This document shows, piece by piece, positions 42,498-52,240 of a stretch of DNA of 64,000 nt. The first letter of the stretch is position 1, and each line of letters begins with the position of its first letter. This DNA is from an uncultured Actinomycetota bacterium (GTDB taxonomy: Bacteria > Actinomycetota > Actinomycetes > CAVWCF01), in assembly GCA_963753435.1 (NCBI GenBank), contig CAVWCF010000001.1:1088001-1152000 (forward strand), in the 5' to 3' direction. The notes under the pieces are model-generated. The model was not told the DNA's origin. It worked only from the letters and a program-made list of their open reading frames with translations, and made no database searches. Made by a program: the position numbers and the translations under genes.

Positions 42498-42549
42498 GGC
42501 CGCTTGACGCTAACGCACCAGGCTGCAGCGATCGGCTACGGCGACCGGG

Positions 42550-42714
42550 TCAGCGCGTCTCGCGGTGATCCGTGTGCTTGCCGCAGTTCGGGCAGAACTT
42601 CTTGAACTCGATGCGGTCTGGGTCGTTCCGCCGGTTCTTGCGCGTGATGTAGTTGCGGTTCTTGCACTCCACGCACGCCATCGTGATCTTGGGGCGGACG
42701 TCGCTCTTGGCCAC
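42550..42714 (-). CDS. rpmG: 50S ribosomal protein L33 (Zn-ribbon form)
   Basis: Manual translation [54 protein letters not shown]; not in ORF track. Confidence 0.98.
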   Translation of the reverse strand: MAKSDVRPKITMACVECKNRNYITRKNRRNDPDRIEFKKFCPNCGKHTDHRETR

Positions 42715-42781
42715 CGGAGTGCCCTTCTGTCGAAATCGTTACTACAGGTCGTGCGGCCGGCCGAGTTACCGGCGGTCGCAG

Positions 42782-42854
42782 TAGCGGAGGCCGGACTCGA
42801 ACCGGCGACACAGCGATTATGAGCCGCTTGCTCTACCACCTGAGCTACTCCGCC
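42782..42854 (-). tRNA. tRNA-Met (CAT), elongator type
   Basis: GGCGGAG acceptor stem, AGCGG-CTCATAA-TCGCT arm, GGTTCGAGTCC. Confidence 0.95.
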
Positions 42855-42889
42855 GCGGTCGGTCGAGCCAATGGTTCGACCGGCCTCCG

Positions 42890-42962
42890 AGCCCCAATAC
42901 GGAATCGAACCGTAGACCTTCTCCTTACCATGGAGACGCTCTACCGACTGAGCTATTGGGGC
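42890..42962 (-). tRNA. tRNA-Thr (GGT)
   Basis: GCCCCAA acceptor stem, TCTCC-ATGGTAA-GGAGA arm, GGTTCGATTCC. Confidence 0.97.
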
Positions 42963-43042
42963 GATGCGCCGGGCAAGGGTACACGCGGCGCACGGTCGCG
43001 ACGAATTCCCGTCCAACCGGCTGCCGCAAGCCCGCAGAAAGT

Positions 43043-43075
43043 GCGAGAGGCGCCACCGAAGTGACGCCTCTTCGC
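43043..43075 (-). terminator. hairpin directly after tRNA-Tyr
   Basis: GAGGCGTCAC-TTCG-GTGGCGCCTC followed by TCGCACTTT. Confidence 0.7.
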
Positions 43076-43077
43076 CG

Positions 43078-43159
43078 TGGCAGGTGTTGGGTTCGAACCA
43101 ACGTAGGCAATGCCGGCGGATTTACAGTCCGCTCCCTTTGGCCACTCGGGCAACCTGCC
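43078..43159 (-). tRNA. tRNA-Tyr (GTA)
   Basis: GGCAGGT acceptor stem, GCGGA-CTGTAAA-TCCGC arm, long variable arm, GGTTCGAACCC. Confidence 0.97.
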
Positions 43160-43226
43160 GTCTCGCCTCGCGGCGAGCGCCGAGAATAGCCGAAATCTGA
43201 AGGCTCCCGACGCCCAGCCCTGGGTC

Positions 43227-44633
43227 TCAGCCCAGCCCGAGCACCCATTCCGGTGCCACCGATCCCACGACCAGGACAACCGCGGCAATGACGCCCGCCG
43301 CACTCACCCCGATGGGTACCGAGACTCGACCCGATCCAGCTTGCAGCGCCGGGACCAGCCACCGCAGGTAGGCGGCCACGCCCACCAACACCGCCAGGGC
43401 CAGCAGCACGGCCAGCACCACGGATCCGGCGCCCACCGGCTCGGCGATCACGCGGACCTTGGCGAACAGCCCGAGCATCGCCGGCGGCAATCCGGCCAGC
43501 GACACCAGGCCGACCGCCAGCACTGCGGTGGCGACGGGCGCCCTGGTAATCAGCCCGACCAGGTCCGTTCGGCGCAGCACCGAACGGGTCCCCGCCGCGG
43601 CCAGCACTGCGGCGAACACGGCAACGGTCATGGCCGCGTAGGTCACCAGGTAGGCAATAACTGCCGACTCGGCGGAGTCGAACCGGTCCGTTTCCCCCGC
43701 GACCGCCCCCAGCGGCGCCAAGAGGAATCCGGCCTGCGCGACTGAGGACCAGCCCAGGAACCGACCGGCAACGTCCTGCCGCAGCGCGGCCAGGACCCCC
43801 AGCGCGAGGGTGGCACCGGCAGCCACGCCCAGGGCCACGGCCCAGACATCGGCCAAGGGCAGGAAGGTGCGCGCCAGCAGTAGCACTGCCGCAACACCGG
43901 CCGTCTTGGACACGACCGCCAAGAAGGCGGTGACCGGTAGGGGTGAGCCGCTGTACACGTCCGGAGCCCAGCCGTGCAGCGGCACAGCGGCGGTCTTGAA
44001 GACCGGCAGCGCGAAGAGCAGCACGACTGCCACCGCCACGAGCGGCGGTTGCTCCCCGCTGACCGCGTCCGGCAGTTCGGACAGGAACACCGTCCCGGTG
44101 CTCAGGTACAGCAGCGCCAGCCCGTACAGGCTCACCGCGGTCGCAGCGACCGACACGAGGAACGCCTTCAGCGCCGCCTCGCCCGCCCCGGCGTCGTCGC
44201 GGCGCAAGCCGATCAGGGCGTACGTCGGCAGGGACACGGTCTCCAGCGCAATGAGCAGCGTGGCCAGGTCGCCGGCAGCCGGCACCACCAGCGCACCCGA
44301 TGTCGCCGCCAGCGTCAGGCCGTAGAACTCCGGCCCGGAGATCCGCGCCGCGGGGACGAACGCGGCCGCCAACAGCACCACGGCCGCCGCACCGGCCAGG
44401 ATCAGCCACTGCAGCAGGACCGCGGTCTGATCCGCGGTGTAGGAGCAGGCGGAGTCGACGCAGAACGTCTCGCCGGTGCCGCTGATGGCCAGCAGCACGC
44501 CGGCGGTGGCGAGCACGCCCAACGCCGTCGGCGCCAACACGGCCCGGTCGAACCAAAGGCCACCCAGGAGCAGCAGCACCGCACCCGCGGCGACTACGAC
44601 CGGTGCGGCCGTGACGAACAGATCGATGCTCAC
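43227..44633 (-). CDS. nuoN: NADH-quinone oxidoreductase subunit N, second copy
   Basis: GTG at 44633 overlaps the nuoM stop; IALETVSLPTY, EAALKAF, FKTAAVPLHGWAPDVY. Confidence 0.93.
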   Translation of the reverse strand: MSIDLFVTAAPVVVAAGAVLLLLGGLWFDRAVLAPTALGVLATAGVLLAISGTGETFCVDSACSYTADQTAVLLQWLILAGAAAVVLLAAAFVPAARISGPEFYGLTLAATSGALVVPAAGDLATLLIALETVSLPTYALIGLRRDDAGAGEAALKAFLVSVAATAVSLYGLALLYLSTGTVFLSELPDAVSGEQPPLVAVAVVLLFALPVFKTAAVPLHGWAPDVYSGSPLPVTAFLAVVSKTAGVAAVLLLARTFLPLADVWAVALGVAAGATLALGVLAALRQDVAGRFLGWSSVAQAGFLLAPLGAVAGETDRFDSAESAVIAYLVTYAAMTVAVFAAVLAAAGTRSVLRRTDLVGLITRAPVATAVLAVGLVSLAGLPPAMLGLFAKVRVIAEPVGAGSVVLAVLLALAVLVGVAAYLRWLVPALQAGSGRVSVPIGVSAAGVIAAVVLVVGSVAPEWVLGLG

Positions 44634-46123
44634 ACCGCACCCCCGAGGAGTGCGGCCACCGCGGGCGTGGTCAGGTCGAGCAACAGGAAGGGCAGAACGC
44701 CGAAGGCGATCGACAGCGCCACCAGTGGCAGCCAGGCGACGGCCTCCAGGCCGCGCACGTCGGCGACCGCGGGGGCGTCGGCTGCAGCCCCTTGGTTGAT
44801 GCGCCGGACCATCTGCAGCAGGTAGGCCGCGGTCAGCACGGTGCCGATCGCCGCCAAGACCGTGAGCGTGCGGAACAGCACCAGGTCCTGACCCTCGGCG
44901 GGCGAGAACGAGCCGACCATCGCCAGGAACTCCCCGGGGAAGCCGGCCAGGCCCGGCAGGCCGAGGCTGGCCACAGCGGCGATCAGGAAGATGGCGCCCA
45001 GGCGGGGCGCCCGCGCGTACAGCGCGCGGGGCAACGCGGCGAACGAGGTGCTGCCGTCGCGATCCTTGATGCCGCCGACGAGGAAGAACAGCAGGCCGGT
45101 GATGACACCGTGCGCGATGTTCGCGAACAACGCCCCGTTGACGCCGGCTTCGGTGAGGGTCGCGATTCCGAGCAGCACGAACCCCATGTGCCCCACCGAG
45201 GAGAAGGCGATCAGCCGCTTCAGGTCGTTCTGGGCCAGGCACGCCAGCGACCCGTAGAGGATCCCGGCAACCCCGAGCACGCCGAGGACCGGCGCCCAGA
45301 ACTGCGCGCCTTCGGGCACGATCGGCAGCCCGACCCGAACGAAGCCGTAGGTGCCCATCTTCAGCAGCACCCCGGCCAGCAGGACCGAGCCGACAGTCGG
45401 CGCAGCGGTGTGCGCGTCCGGCAGCCACGAGTGGAACGGGAACGCGGGAGTCTTGATGGCGAAGCCGAGCCCGATGGCACCGAAGGCCAGGATCTGCACC
45501 GATCGTGGCAGGACTGCGCCTTCGGCCTGCGCCAGGGCAACCATGTCGAACGTGCCCGACTGCAGCCCGATGACCAGCAGGCCCAGCAGCATCACCGCTG
45601 ACCCGGCGACGGTGACCAGGATGAACTTCTGGGCGGCCGGGCCGCGCCCATCGCCACCCCAGCGCGCGATCACGAAGTACATCGGGATCAGCACCGCTTC
45701 GAAGAAGGCGAAGAACAGCAACAGGTCGGCGGCCACGAAGGTGCCGATCAACGCTGACTGCAAGAGCAGCAGCAACGCGGTGAAGGCTCGGGCGTTGCCC
45801 GGCGCCGGCAGCCAGCGCAACGTGTAGGCCGCGCACAGCAGGCCCAGCAGCACGGTCAGCAGCACCAGTGGCAGCGAGATGCCGTCGATGCCGATGTGGA
45901 ATCGCACCCCTAGCGCGGGGATCCAGGAGACGTTCGTCTCTGCTTGCAGCGCGGTTCGGTCCTGCTCGAAACCAGCCGCCAGCGCGATCGCAATAACTGT
46001 GTTGACGGCAGTGACGCCAAGCCCGAGCCATCGCGCGGGCGCTTCGCCGCGCGGCCCGGCGACGGCCAACAGCACCGCCCCGGCGGCCGGTAGCGTCAGC
46101 AGGAGCAGCAGCAGTTCGCTCAT
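44630..46123 (-). CDS. nuoM: NADH-quinone oxidoreductase subunit M, second copy
   Basis: GIDGISL, FFEAVLIPMY, HSWLPDAH, LLKMGTYG, GLPGLAGFPGEF. Confidence 0.96.
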   Translation of the reverse strand: MSELLLLLLTLPAAGAVLLAVAGPRGEAPARWLGLGVTAVNTVIAIALAAGFEQDRTALQAETNVSWIPALGVRFHIGIDGISLPLVLLTVLLGLLCAAYTLRWLPAPGNARAFTALLLLLQSALIGTFVAADLLLFFAFFEAVLIPMYFVIARWGGDGRGPAAQKFILVTVAGSAVMLLGLLVIGLQSGTFDMVALAQAEGAVLPRSVQILAFGAIGLGFAIKTPAFPFHSWLPDAHTAAPTVGSVLLAGVLLKMGTYGFVRVGLPIVPEGAQFWAPVLGVLGVAGILYGSLACLAQNDLKRLIAFSSVGHMGFVLLGIATLTEAGVNGALFANIAHGVITGLLFFLVGGIKDRDGSTSFAALPRALYARAPRLGAIFLIAAVASLGLPGLAGFPGEFLAMVGSFSPAEGQDLVLFRTLTVLAAIGTVLTAAYLLQMVRRINQGAAADAPAVADVRGLEAVAWLPLVALSIAFGVLPFLLLDLTTPAVAALLGGAV

Positions 46124-47994
46124 GCGGCACCTGCCAGCAACGCCGCCGCGGCGGCCACGAGGAGCACGGCACCCGCTCCGGCGAGGACACCAAGCAGCGA
46201 TCGCTGCACGTTGCCGTTCTGCGTCTGCCGGATGGCGCCACCGGCCGACCAGCCGGCGGACCCCGCACCTTCGACGGCGGCGTCCACGACGCTGTCCTCA
46301 GTGCGCAGCACCGCCCGAGCCAAGGCCCTGATCGGGCGGACCACGGTCGCGTCGTAGAAGTTGTCGACATAGAAGGCGTGCTGCAGCACGGGGCCATCGA
46401 GTCGCAGCGACCGAGACGGGTCAGCGGCGCGGTTGCGCGCCCACGCCCCGGCCATTACTCCGGCTCCGAGGATCGCAAGCACGGTCGAAAGCAGGCCGAG
46501 CGCGGCCTCCGGCGCGAACGCCTTGATCTCCTCGCTGCCCGGACCGGTGATCCAGGTGGGCAACCACTCCGCGCGGAGCGCGAGGAATCCGAGTCCGATG
46601 CTGGGCACGGCAAGGATCACCAATGGCAACGTCATCAGGGCGCCGGACTCGTGCGGTTGGGCCGCGCCGCGGTACTGCCCGGCGAACGTGCGCAGGAACA
46701 GCCGGGTGGCGTACGCGCCGGTGATCACCACCGTGACCAAACCGGCGATCAGCACCATCCAGCCGGTCCAGGTGGCGACGACCGCTTCGCCTTCGATGGC
46801 GTATTCGGCCGCGGCGAGCACCGACTCCTTGGAGAAGAAGCCCGCCAGCGGCGGGATCCCCACCAAGGCCGCCAAGCCGACCGCCATCGTGGTGGCGGTC
46901 ACCGGCATCCGGCGGCCGAGTCCGCCCATCGCCGCCATGGAGTTGGTGGCCACGGCATGGATCACCGAACCCGCGGCCAGGAAGAGAAGTGCCTTGAACG
47001 CCGCGTGGGAGATGAGGTGGAAGACGGCGGCGTCTGAGGACCCGACGCCAAGCGCAGCCAGCATGTACGCGAGCTGGCTGATGGTCGAGTACGCCAGCAC
47101 GCGCTTGATGTCGTCGGCGGCCAACGCGGCCAAGGCCGCACCGACCATGCCGATCACCGCCAGGACCGCGAGCACCTGCAACACCTGCGGCGTGGCCAGG
47201 TACAGCGGGTACAGCCGGGCGACCAGATAGATGCCGGCCGCGACCATGGTTGCGGCGTGGATCAGGGCGCTGATCGGCGTGGGGCCGGCCATGGCGTCCG
47301 GCAGCCAGGTGTGCAGCGGGAACTGCGCGCTCTTGCCGACGACTGCGGCACCGATGAGCAGGCCGGCCGCCAGCAGTGTGGTGGCATCCAGGCCGCTCAC
47401 CGCGGCCAGCACGTCGGCGATCTGGAACGAACCAACTGCCGCGCCCAACACCAGGATGCCGAGCAGCAGCCCGACGTCACCGGTGCGCGTAACCAGGAAG
47501 GCCTTGACCGCGGCGGCCCGGGCGACGCGGTCCTCCCAGTGGTGGCCGATGAGCAGGTAGGAACACAGCCCCATCACTTCCCAGCCGACCAGCAGGACCA
47601 GCAGATCGCCGGCGACCACGACCAGGAACATGGCCGCGGTGAACAGCGAAACCACCGCGGCGTAGGAGGAGTACCGGGGATCGTCGCGCAGGTACTCGAT
47701 GGAGTAGACCTGCACCAGCGTGGCCACCACGCCGACCATGACCGCTACTGAGCCGGCCAAGCCGTCGATGCTGGTTACCAACGCGACGGGCGTGAAACCG
47801 GTGGGGATGCTGCCCAGGTCGGAGGTGATCGGCTCGACCCACGGGCTGCGGGTGGCCATGACCCAGACCGCCAACACCAGCGCGGCCGCCGGACCCGCAA
47901 CAGCGACAAGCGCCGCCGCGCCCCGGCTGCGCCGACCGATGCTCAGCCCGATGACGGCGCCGAGCAGCGGCAGCGCGGGCAGCCACCAGCTCAT
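46120..47994 (-). CDS. nuoL: NADH-quinone oxidoreductase subunit L, second copy
   Basis: [56 protein letters not shown]. Confidence 0.97.
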   Translation of the reverse strand: MSWWLPALPLLGAVIGLSIGRRSRGAAALVAVAGPAAALVLAVWVMATRSPWVEPITSDLGSIPTGFTPVALVTSIDGLAGSVAVMVGVVATLVQVYSIEYLRDDPRYSSYAAVVSLFTAAMFLVVVAGDLLVLLVGWEVMGLCSYLLIGHHWEDRVARAAAVKAFLVTRTGDVGLLLGILVLGAAVGSFQIADVLAAVSGLDATTLLAAGLLIGAAVVGKSAQFPLHTWLPDAMAGPTPISALIHAATMVAAGIYLVARLYPLYLATPQVLQVLAVLAVIGMVGAALAALAADDIKRVLAYSTISQLAYMLAALGVGSSDAAVFHLISHAAFKALLFLAAGSVIHAVATNSMAAMGGLGRRMPVTATTMAVGLAALVGIPPLAGFFSKESVLAAAEYAIEGEAVVATWTGWMVLIAGLVTVVITGAYATRLFLRTFAGQYRGAAQPHESGALMTLPLVILAVPSIGLGFLALRAEWLPTWITGPGSEEIKAFAPEAALGLLSTVLAILGAGVMAGAWARNRAADPSRSLRLDGPVLQHAFYVDNFYDATVVRPIRALARAVLRTEDSVVDAAVEGAGSAGWSAGGAIRQTQNGNVQRSLLGVLAGAGAVLLVAAAAALLAGAA

Positions 47995-48332
47995 GGCGCG
48001 ATCCCCTTGGACTCCTGCGCGTCGGACTCGCGCAGCAACCGCAGTTGGTCGATGTTGATGCTCGCGCGCTGCCGGAACACGAGCAACGCGATGGCCAGAC
48101 CCAGGCCGATCTCCGCGGCGGCCAACGTGATGACGAACAGCGCCAGCACTTGACCGCTGTGCCGGTCATCGCCGGTGAAGACGTCGCCCAGAACCAGCAG
48201 CAACGTGGCCGCGTTGAGCATGAGCTCCACGCCGATCAGCACGAGGATCGCGTTGCGCCGGCGCAGCACCGCGTACAGGCCGAGCGAAAGCAGCAGTGCC
48301 GACAGCACCGCGGGGTAGGCGACGTGGATCAC
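47991..48332 (-). CDS. nuoK: NADH-quinone oxidoreductase subunit K, second copy
   Basis: [27 protein letters not shown]; GTG at 48332. Confidence 0.95.
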   Translation of the reverse strand: MIHVAYPAVLSALLLSLGLYAVLRRRNAILVLIGVELMLNAATLLLVLGDVFTGDDRHSGQVLALFVITLAAAEIGLGLAIALLVFRQRASINIDQLRLLRESDAQESKGIAP

Positions 48333-48853
48333 TCGTCGTCTCCGGACTTGCTCAGCGCGATCGCACCGACAAGCGCTGCCAGCAGCAGCACCGACAGCAC
48401 TTCGAACGGCAGCACCCAGGTCCGGAACACCGCGGCCCCGGCTACTTCGGCGCTGCCGATCTCGGCGGCGTTCAGATCGATGGTCGCCCGCCCGAACGCG
48501 TCCAGCAGCAGCACGATCACTGCGGCGCCGGCAGCAACCGCAACCACGAGCGGGGGCCACCGCGAATCGGAGTCGGCGTCCGGGGACGCACCGATGGGGG
48601 CTCGCGTCAGCATCAAGCCGAAGACCAGCAGGACCACGACGGCGCCGACGTAGATGAGTACCTGCACCCACGCCACGAACTCAGCAGTGAGGATGAGGAA
48701 ACAACCCGCGACCGCACCGAGGGTGACCACCAGCGAAAGGGCCGCGTGCACCAGGTTGCGGGTGGTGACGGCGAACAGACCTGAGCCCACGGCCACGACG
48801 CCGAGCAGGACGAACACCCACTCCGGCCCGGACAGCGGCCACAAGTCGACCAC
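48329..48853 (-). CDS. nuoJ: NADH-quinone oxidoreductase subunit J, second copy
   Basis: [30 protein letters not shown]; start approximate. Confidence 0.93.
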   Translation of the reverse strand: MVDLWPLSGPEWVFVLLGVVAVGSGLFAVTTRNLVHAALSLVVTLGAVAGCFLILTAEFVAWVQVLIYVGAVVVLLVFGLMLTRAPIGASPDADSDSRWPPLVVAVAAGAAVIVLLLDAFGRATIDLNAAEIGSAEVAGAAVFRTWVLPFEVLSVLLLAALVGAIALSKSGDDE

Positions 48854-48855
48854 TC

Positions 48856-49374
48856 CTACTCCTCCGCGCCCGCTTGGCCGGCCTTGGTCCACTCCTTGGC
48901 GTCCGCTGCTCGCTTGTCCAGCGCCGGGGGCGGCGGAACGGTCCACATCCATTGGCGCAACCGGTCCTTCTCGTGGACCAGGTCACGGATGTCCAACTCC
49001 GCGTACTCGAACTCGGGGCTCCAGAACAGCGCGTCGAACGGGCACGCCTCGATGCAGATGCCGCAGTACATGCACAGCGAGAAGTCGATGGCGAAGCGGT
49101 CCAGGACGTTGCGCTGGCGCTCACGCCCACCCGGGGGCGCGGGAATGGTCTCCTTGTGGGAGTCGATGTAGATGCACCAGTCCGGGCATTCGCGCGAGCA
49201 CAGCATGCAGACCGTGCAGTTCTCCTCCAGCAACGCGATCACGCCACGGCTGCGCGGCGGCAACTCCGGCTGCACGTCCGGGTACTGCGCGGTCACCGCG
49301 CGCTTGGTCATCTGCTTGAACGTGGTCGCCATGCCCTGCGCCAGGCCACGCAGGCCTGGGGTCGGATCACTCAT
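48856..49374 (-). CDS. nuoI: NADH-quinone oxidoreductase subunit I, second copy
   Basis: [12 protein letters not shown] and [12 protein letters not shown], two 4Fe-4S motifs. Confidence 0.95.
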   Translation of the reverse strand: MSDPTPGLRGLAQGMATTFKQMTKRAVTAQYPDVQPELPPRSRGVIALLEENCTVCMLCSRECPDWCIYIDSHKETIPAPPGGRERQRNVLDRFAIDFSLCMYCGICIEACPFDALFWSPEFEYAELDIRDLVHEKDRLRQWMWTVPPPPALDKRAADAKEWTKAGQAGAEE

Positions 49375-49383
49375 GTGCCCTCC

Positions 49384-50334
49384 TCATGCCAGCACCACCA
49401 CCGCGGTCAGGGCCAGTTGGCCGAGGGCCACGGGGACCAGGACCACCCAGGCCAGCCGTTGCAGTTGGTCCGCGCGCATCCGGGGCACGCTGACCCGCAA
49501 CCAGATCACGACGAACGAAAGCGCCAGGGTCTTCAGCAGGGTCCAGCCAACGCCCAGCCACTCCGGGCCCGGCCCCGACCAACCGCCGAGGAAGAGCACC
49601 GCCGCCAAAGCGCTGAACAGCACGATCCCGGCGTACTCACCGAGCAGGAACAGCGCGAACCGCAGACCGGTGTACTCAGTCAGCGGGCCCATGATGATCT
49701 CGGCGTCGGCGATGGGCATGTCAAAGGGCGGGCGGCTGAGTTCGGCCAGGGCCGCGATGCTGAACACCACGAACGCCGGCAGTTGCCACAGCAACCACCA
49801 CGGTTGCCACGCCTCGACGATGCCGGTCAGCGACAGCGTGCCCGCGGCCATGGCGACGGAGGCGGCCGCCAGAACCAGTGGCAACTCGTACGCGACCAGT
49901 TGCGCGGCCTGGCGCATGCCGCCGAGCAGCGCGAACTTGTTGGCGCTGGCCCAGGACGCCATCAGGGGGCCGAGCACCGCCACCCCGAGCGCGGCCAGCA
50001 CGAAGAACAGCGCCAGGTCGGAGTCGATGCCGACGATCGTCGGCGACAACGGGATGGCGATCATCGCGACGAGGTAGGGCAGCAATGCCAGAACCGGGGC
50101 GAGCCGGAAGATGACCGGGTCGGCCCGTTCTGGCAGCACGTCTTCCTTCTGTGCGAACTTCACCCCGTCGGCGACCAGCTGGGCAACGCCATGGAAGGCG
50201 CCGGCGTACATGGGCCCCAGCCGCGCCTGCATGTGGGCCATGGCCTTGTGTTCCATCTGCCCGACGAGCAACGGCAAGGTCAGGAAGGCGATCAGGACCA
50301 GCAGCAGCGTCACGACGACTTCGAGGAGGTCCAT
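49384..50334 (-). CDS. nuoH: NADH-quinone oxidoreductase subunit H, second copy
   Basis: MQARLGP, ADGVKFAQKE, AELSRPPFD, TEYTG. Confidence 0.96.
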   Translation of the reverse strand: MDLLEVVVTLLLVLIAFLTLPLLVGQMEHKAMAHMQARLGPMYAGAFHGVAQLVADGVKFAQKEDVLPERADPVIFRLAPVLALLPYLVAMIAIPLSPTIVGIDSDLALFFVLAALGVAVLGPLMASWASANKFALLGGMRQAAQLVAYELPLVLAAASVAMAAGTLSLTGIVEAWQPWWLLWQLPAFVVFSIAALAELSRPPFDMPIADAEIIMGPLTEYTGLRFALFLLGEYAGIVLFSALAAVLFLGGWSGPGPEWLGVGWTLLKTLALSFVVIWLRVSVPRMRADQLQRLAWVVLVPVALGQLALTAVVVLA

Positions 50335-50984
50335 CAGCCCTCCCCCGGCGTGGCGTTGTCAGCCGGTTTGGCCGCCGCAGCCGGGTCTGCGGCTGGCTCG
50401 GCGGCGGCCTCAGCCACTTCGGGCTGGGTCTCATCGGCGGCGGCACCCCATTCCGGCCCTGGAACTCCGGGCGGGGTCATCTTTCGTCGGCTCGGGGCCC
50501 CGTGCTCGGACTCGCCTGGCTCCTTCGCGCCGGGCCAGGACTTGGCCGCCCGGGCGGCGAGGACGAACTCCTTGCGCAACGGATGGCCCTCGAACTCATC
50601 CGGCAGCAGCAACGGGATCAGGTGCGGGTGGCCGGGGAAGTCCACGCCGAACATCTCGTGGGTTTCCCGCTCATGCCAGGCGGCACCGGCGTACACACCA
50701 GTCGCCGTCGGCAGCGCTGGGTCCGAACGCGACACCCGGGTCCGCAGCAGCAGTCGCTGCCGGCGTTGCGGGCAGTAGGTGTGCAGGACGATCGCGAAGC
50801 CGTCGGCTTCTTCGTCGACCGCAGTCAGGAAATCGAAGAAGGAACAGCCCAGGTCGTCACGCGCGGTCTGCAGCGAGTCGGTCCACTCCGCGGCGGCCAC
50901 GTCCGCGGTCAAGTAGCCGAACTCTTCGGCAACCGTCGCCTGCGGGAGTGCGGCGGCCACGTCCTGCGCCCAGTTCTCGCTCAC
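50334..50984 (-). CDS. nuoC: NADH-quinone oxidoreductase subunit C, second copy
   Basis: [27 protein letters not shown]; GTG at 50984. Confidence 0.94.
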   Translation of the reverse strand: MSENWAQDVAAALPQATVAEEFGYLTADVAAAEWTDSLQTARDDLGCSFFDFLTAVDEEADGFAIVLHTYCPQRRQRLLLRTRVSRSDPALPTATGVYAGAAWHERETHEMFGVDFPGHPHLIPLLLPDEFEGHPLRKEFVLAARAAKSWPGAKEPGESEHGAPSRRKMTPPGVPGPEWGAAADETQPEVAEAAAEPAADPAAAAKPADNATPGEG

Positions 50985-51586
50985 GACCCGAGTGCTCCCC
51001 CGGCTGCCGGCGGCTGGGCCAGCGGCGCGGTCAATTGCTTGGCCGTGAGTTGCGGAGCGGGGTTTTGTGCCGGTACCGGCTCTCCCGGGTAGCGATCGGC
51101 GAGGTTCTCCCCGGCGATCTTCTCCTGCAGTTTGAGGATGCCGTGCAGCAACGCCTCCGGCCGCGGCGGGCATCCGGGCACGTAGACATCCACGGGGATG
51201 ATCTGGTCGACGCCCTTTGTCACCGAGTACGAATCCCAGTACGGACCACCGCAGTTGGCGCAGGCCCCGAACGAGATGACGTACTTGGGTTCGGGCATCT
51301 GCTCGTAGAGCCGCAGGATGGCCGGCGCCATCTTGTCGGTGACGGTGCCCGAAACGATCATCAGGTCGGCCTGCCGCGGACCGGGGGCGAACGGGATCAC
51401 CCCTAGGCGAATGAAGTCGTGGCGGCCCATGGATCCGGAGATGAACTCGATCGCGCAACAGGCCAAGCCGAAGTTGAACACCCACAACGAGTAGCGCCGA
51501 CCCCAGTTGAGGATGAACCGCAGCGGCGCCGGGGCGACTCGCTGCAGGCCCCCGACGGTCGGCGCGGGCAGGTTCACGGCCCCCAC
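50981..51586 (-). CDS. nuoB: NADH-quinone oxidoreductase subunit B, second copy
   Basis: [35 protein letters not shown]; start at 51586 or 51577. Confidence 0.96.
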   Translation of the reverse strand: MGAVNLPAPTVGGLQRVAPAPLRFILNWGRRYSLWVFNFGLACCAIEFISGSMGRHDFIRLGVIPFAPGPRQADLMIVSGTVTDKMAPAILRLYEQMPEPKYVISFGACANCGGPYWDSYSVTKGVDQIIPVDVYVPGCPPRPEALLHGILKLQEKIAGENLADRYPGEPVPAQNPAPQLTAKQLTAPLAQPPAAGGALGS

Positions 51587-51948
51587 GTCAGCACCCCCCG
51601 CTTACCCGCGTAGGCCAGCCCGACCGCGATGAACCCGATGAAGACCGCCATCTCGATCAGCGCGGTGACGCCGAAACCCGGGTCGGCGAACACCGTGGCC
51701 CACGGGAACAGGTAGATGGCGTCGACGGCGAAGATGACGTACAGGTACGCGAACACGTAGAAGCGGATGTGGGTCTGGGCCCAGCCCTCCCCGACCGGGT
51801 CGAGTCCGCATTCGTAGGTCTTGGCCTTGTCCACCGACGGCGCGGCGGGGGCCAGCAGGCGATTCGCGGTGAAGGCCACGACCGTGAAGCCCACGCCGAG
51901 CAGCACCAGCAGGCCGACCAAGCCCCACGTCTGGCCGTACTCGCCCAC
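51574..51948 (-). CDS. nuoA: NADH-quinone oxidoreductase subunit A, second copy
   Basis: [32 protein letters not shown]. Confidence 0.95.
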   Translation of the reverse strand: MGEYGQTWGLVGLLVLLGVGFTVVAFTANRLLAPAAPSVDKAKTYECGLDPVGEGWAQTHIRFYVFAYLYVIFAVDAIYLFPWATVFADPGFGVTALIEMAVFIGFIAVGLAYAGKRGVLTWGP

Positions 51949-52157
51949 GTGCCCTCCCGAACGTCACGGCGAGACTAACGAGACCGTGCCGCGAAGGAAG
52001 GGTCTTCGGACCGGCCTTTCGCGACGAGTTCCCCGGATCTGTCTGGATCAGAGCACCCCTGATGGCATCTAGTTGGAACAGGGGTTCTCTGATGCGAATG
52101 AGTCCGGGGCGGGTGGGGTCCAAGGTCCCTCGCCCCCGAGATCGCGTGCGGGCAGAG

Positions 52158-52180
52158 TTGTGAAACACTTCTATTACCTA
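52158..52180. promoter_or_regulatory. AT-rich patch with a TTGTGAA half-site in the nuoA/korA divergent region
   Basis: TTGTGAA-ACAC-TTCTATT against the Rex consensus TTGTGAA-N4-TTCACAA; right half is poor. Confidence 0.35.
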
Positions 52181-52240
52181 TTCGAGGTCGTCCGCAGCGT
52201 CGCGTCCAGACCTCGCCAGTTCATCGTTGAGGCGGGCTCA

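Noticed and set aside
42782-42854. tRNA(CAT) as initiator Met or Ile2
   Set aside because: Lacks the three consecutive G-C anticodon-stem pairs and C1 mismatch of initiator tRNA; sequence and position fit elongator Met, although Ile2 is not formally excluded
37181-43159. Integrative element at a tRNA
   Set aside because: No duplicated tRNA 3' end, integrase or compositional shift seen; intervening genes are housekeeping types
43227-46397. 1056-aa ORF suggesting a fused or extended NuoN
   Set aside because: The upstream part is an Arg/Ala-rich off-frame read of nuoM; nuoN starts at GTG 44633 overlapping the nuoM stop
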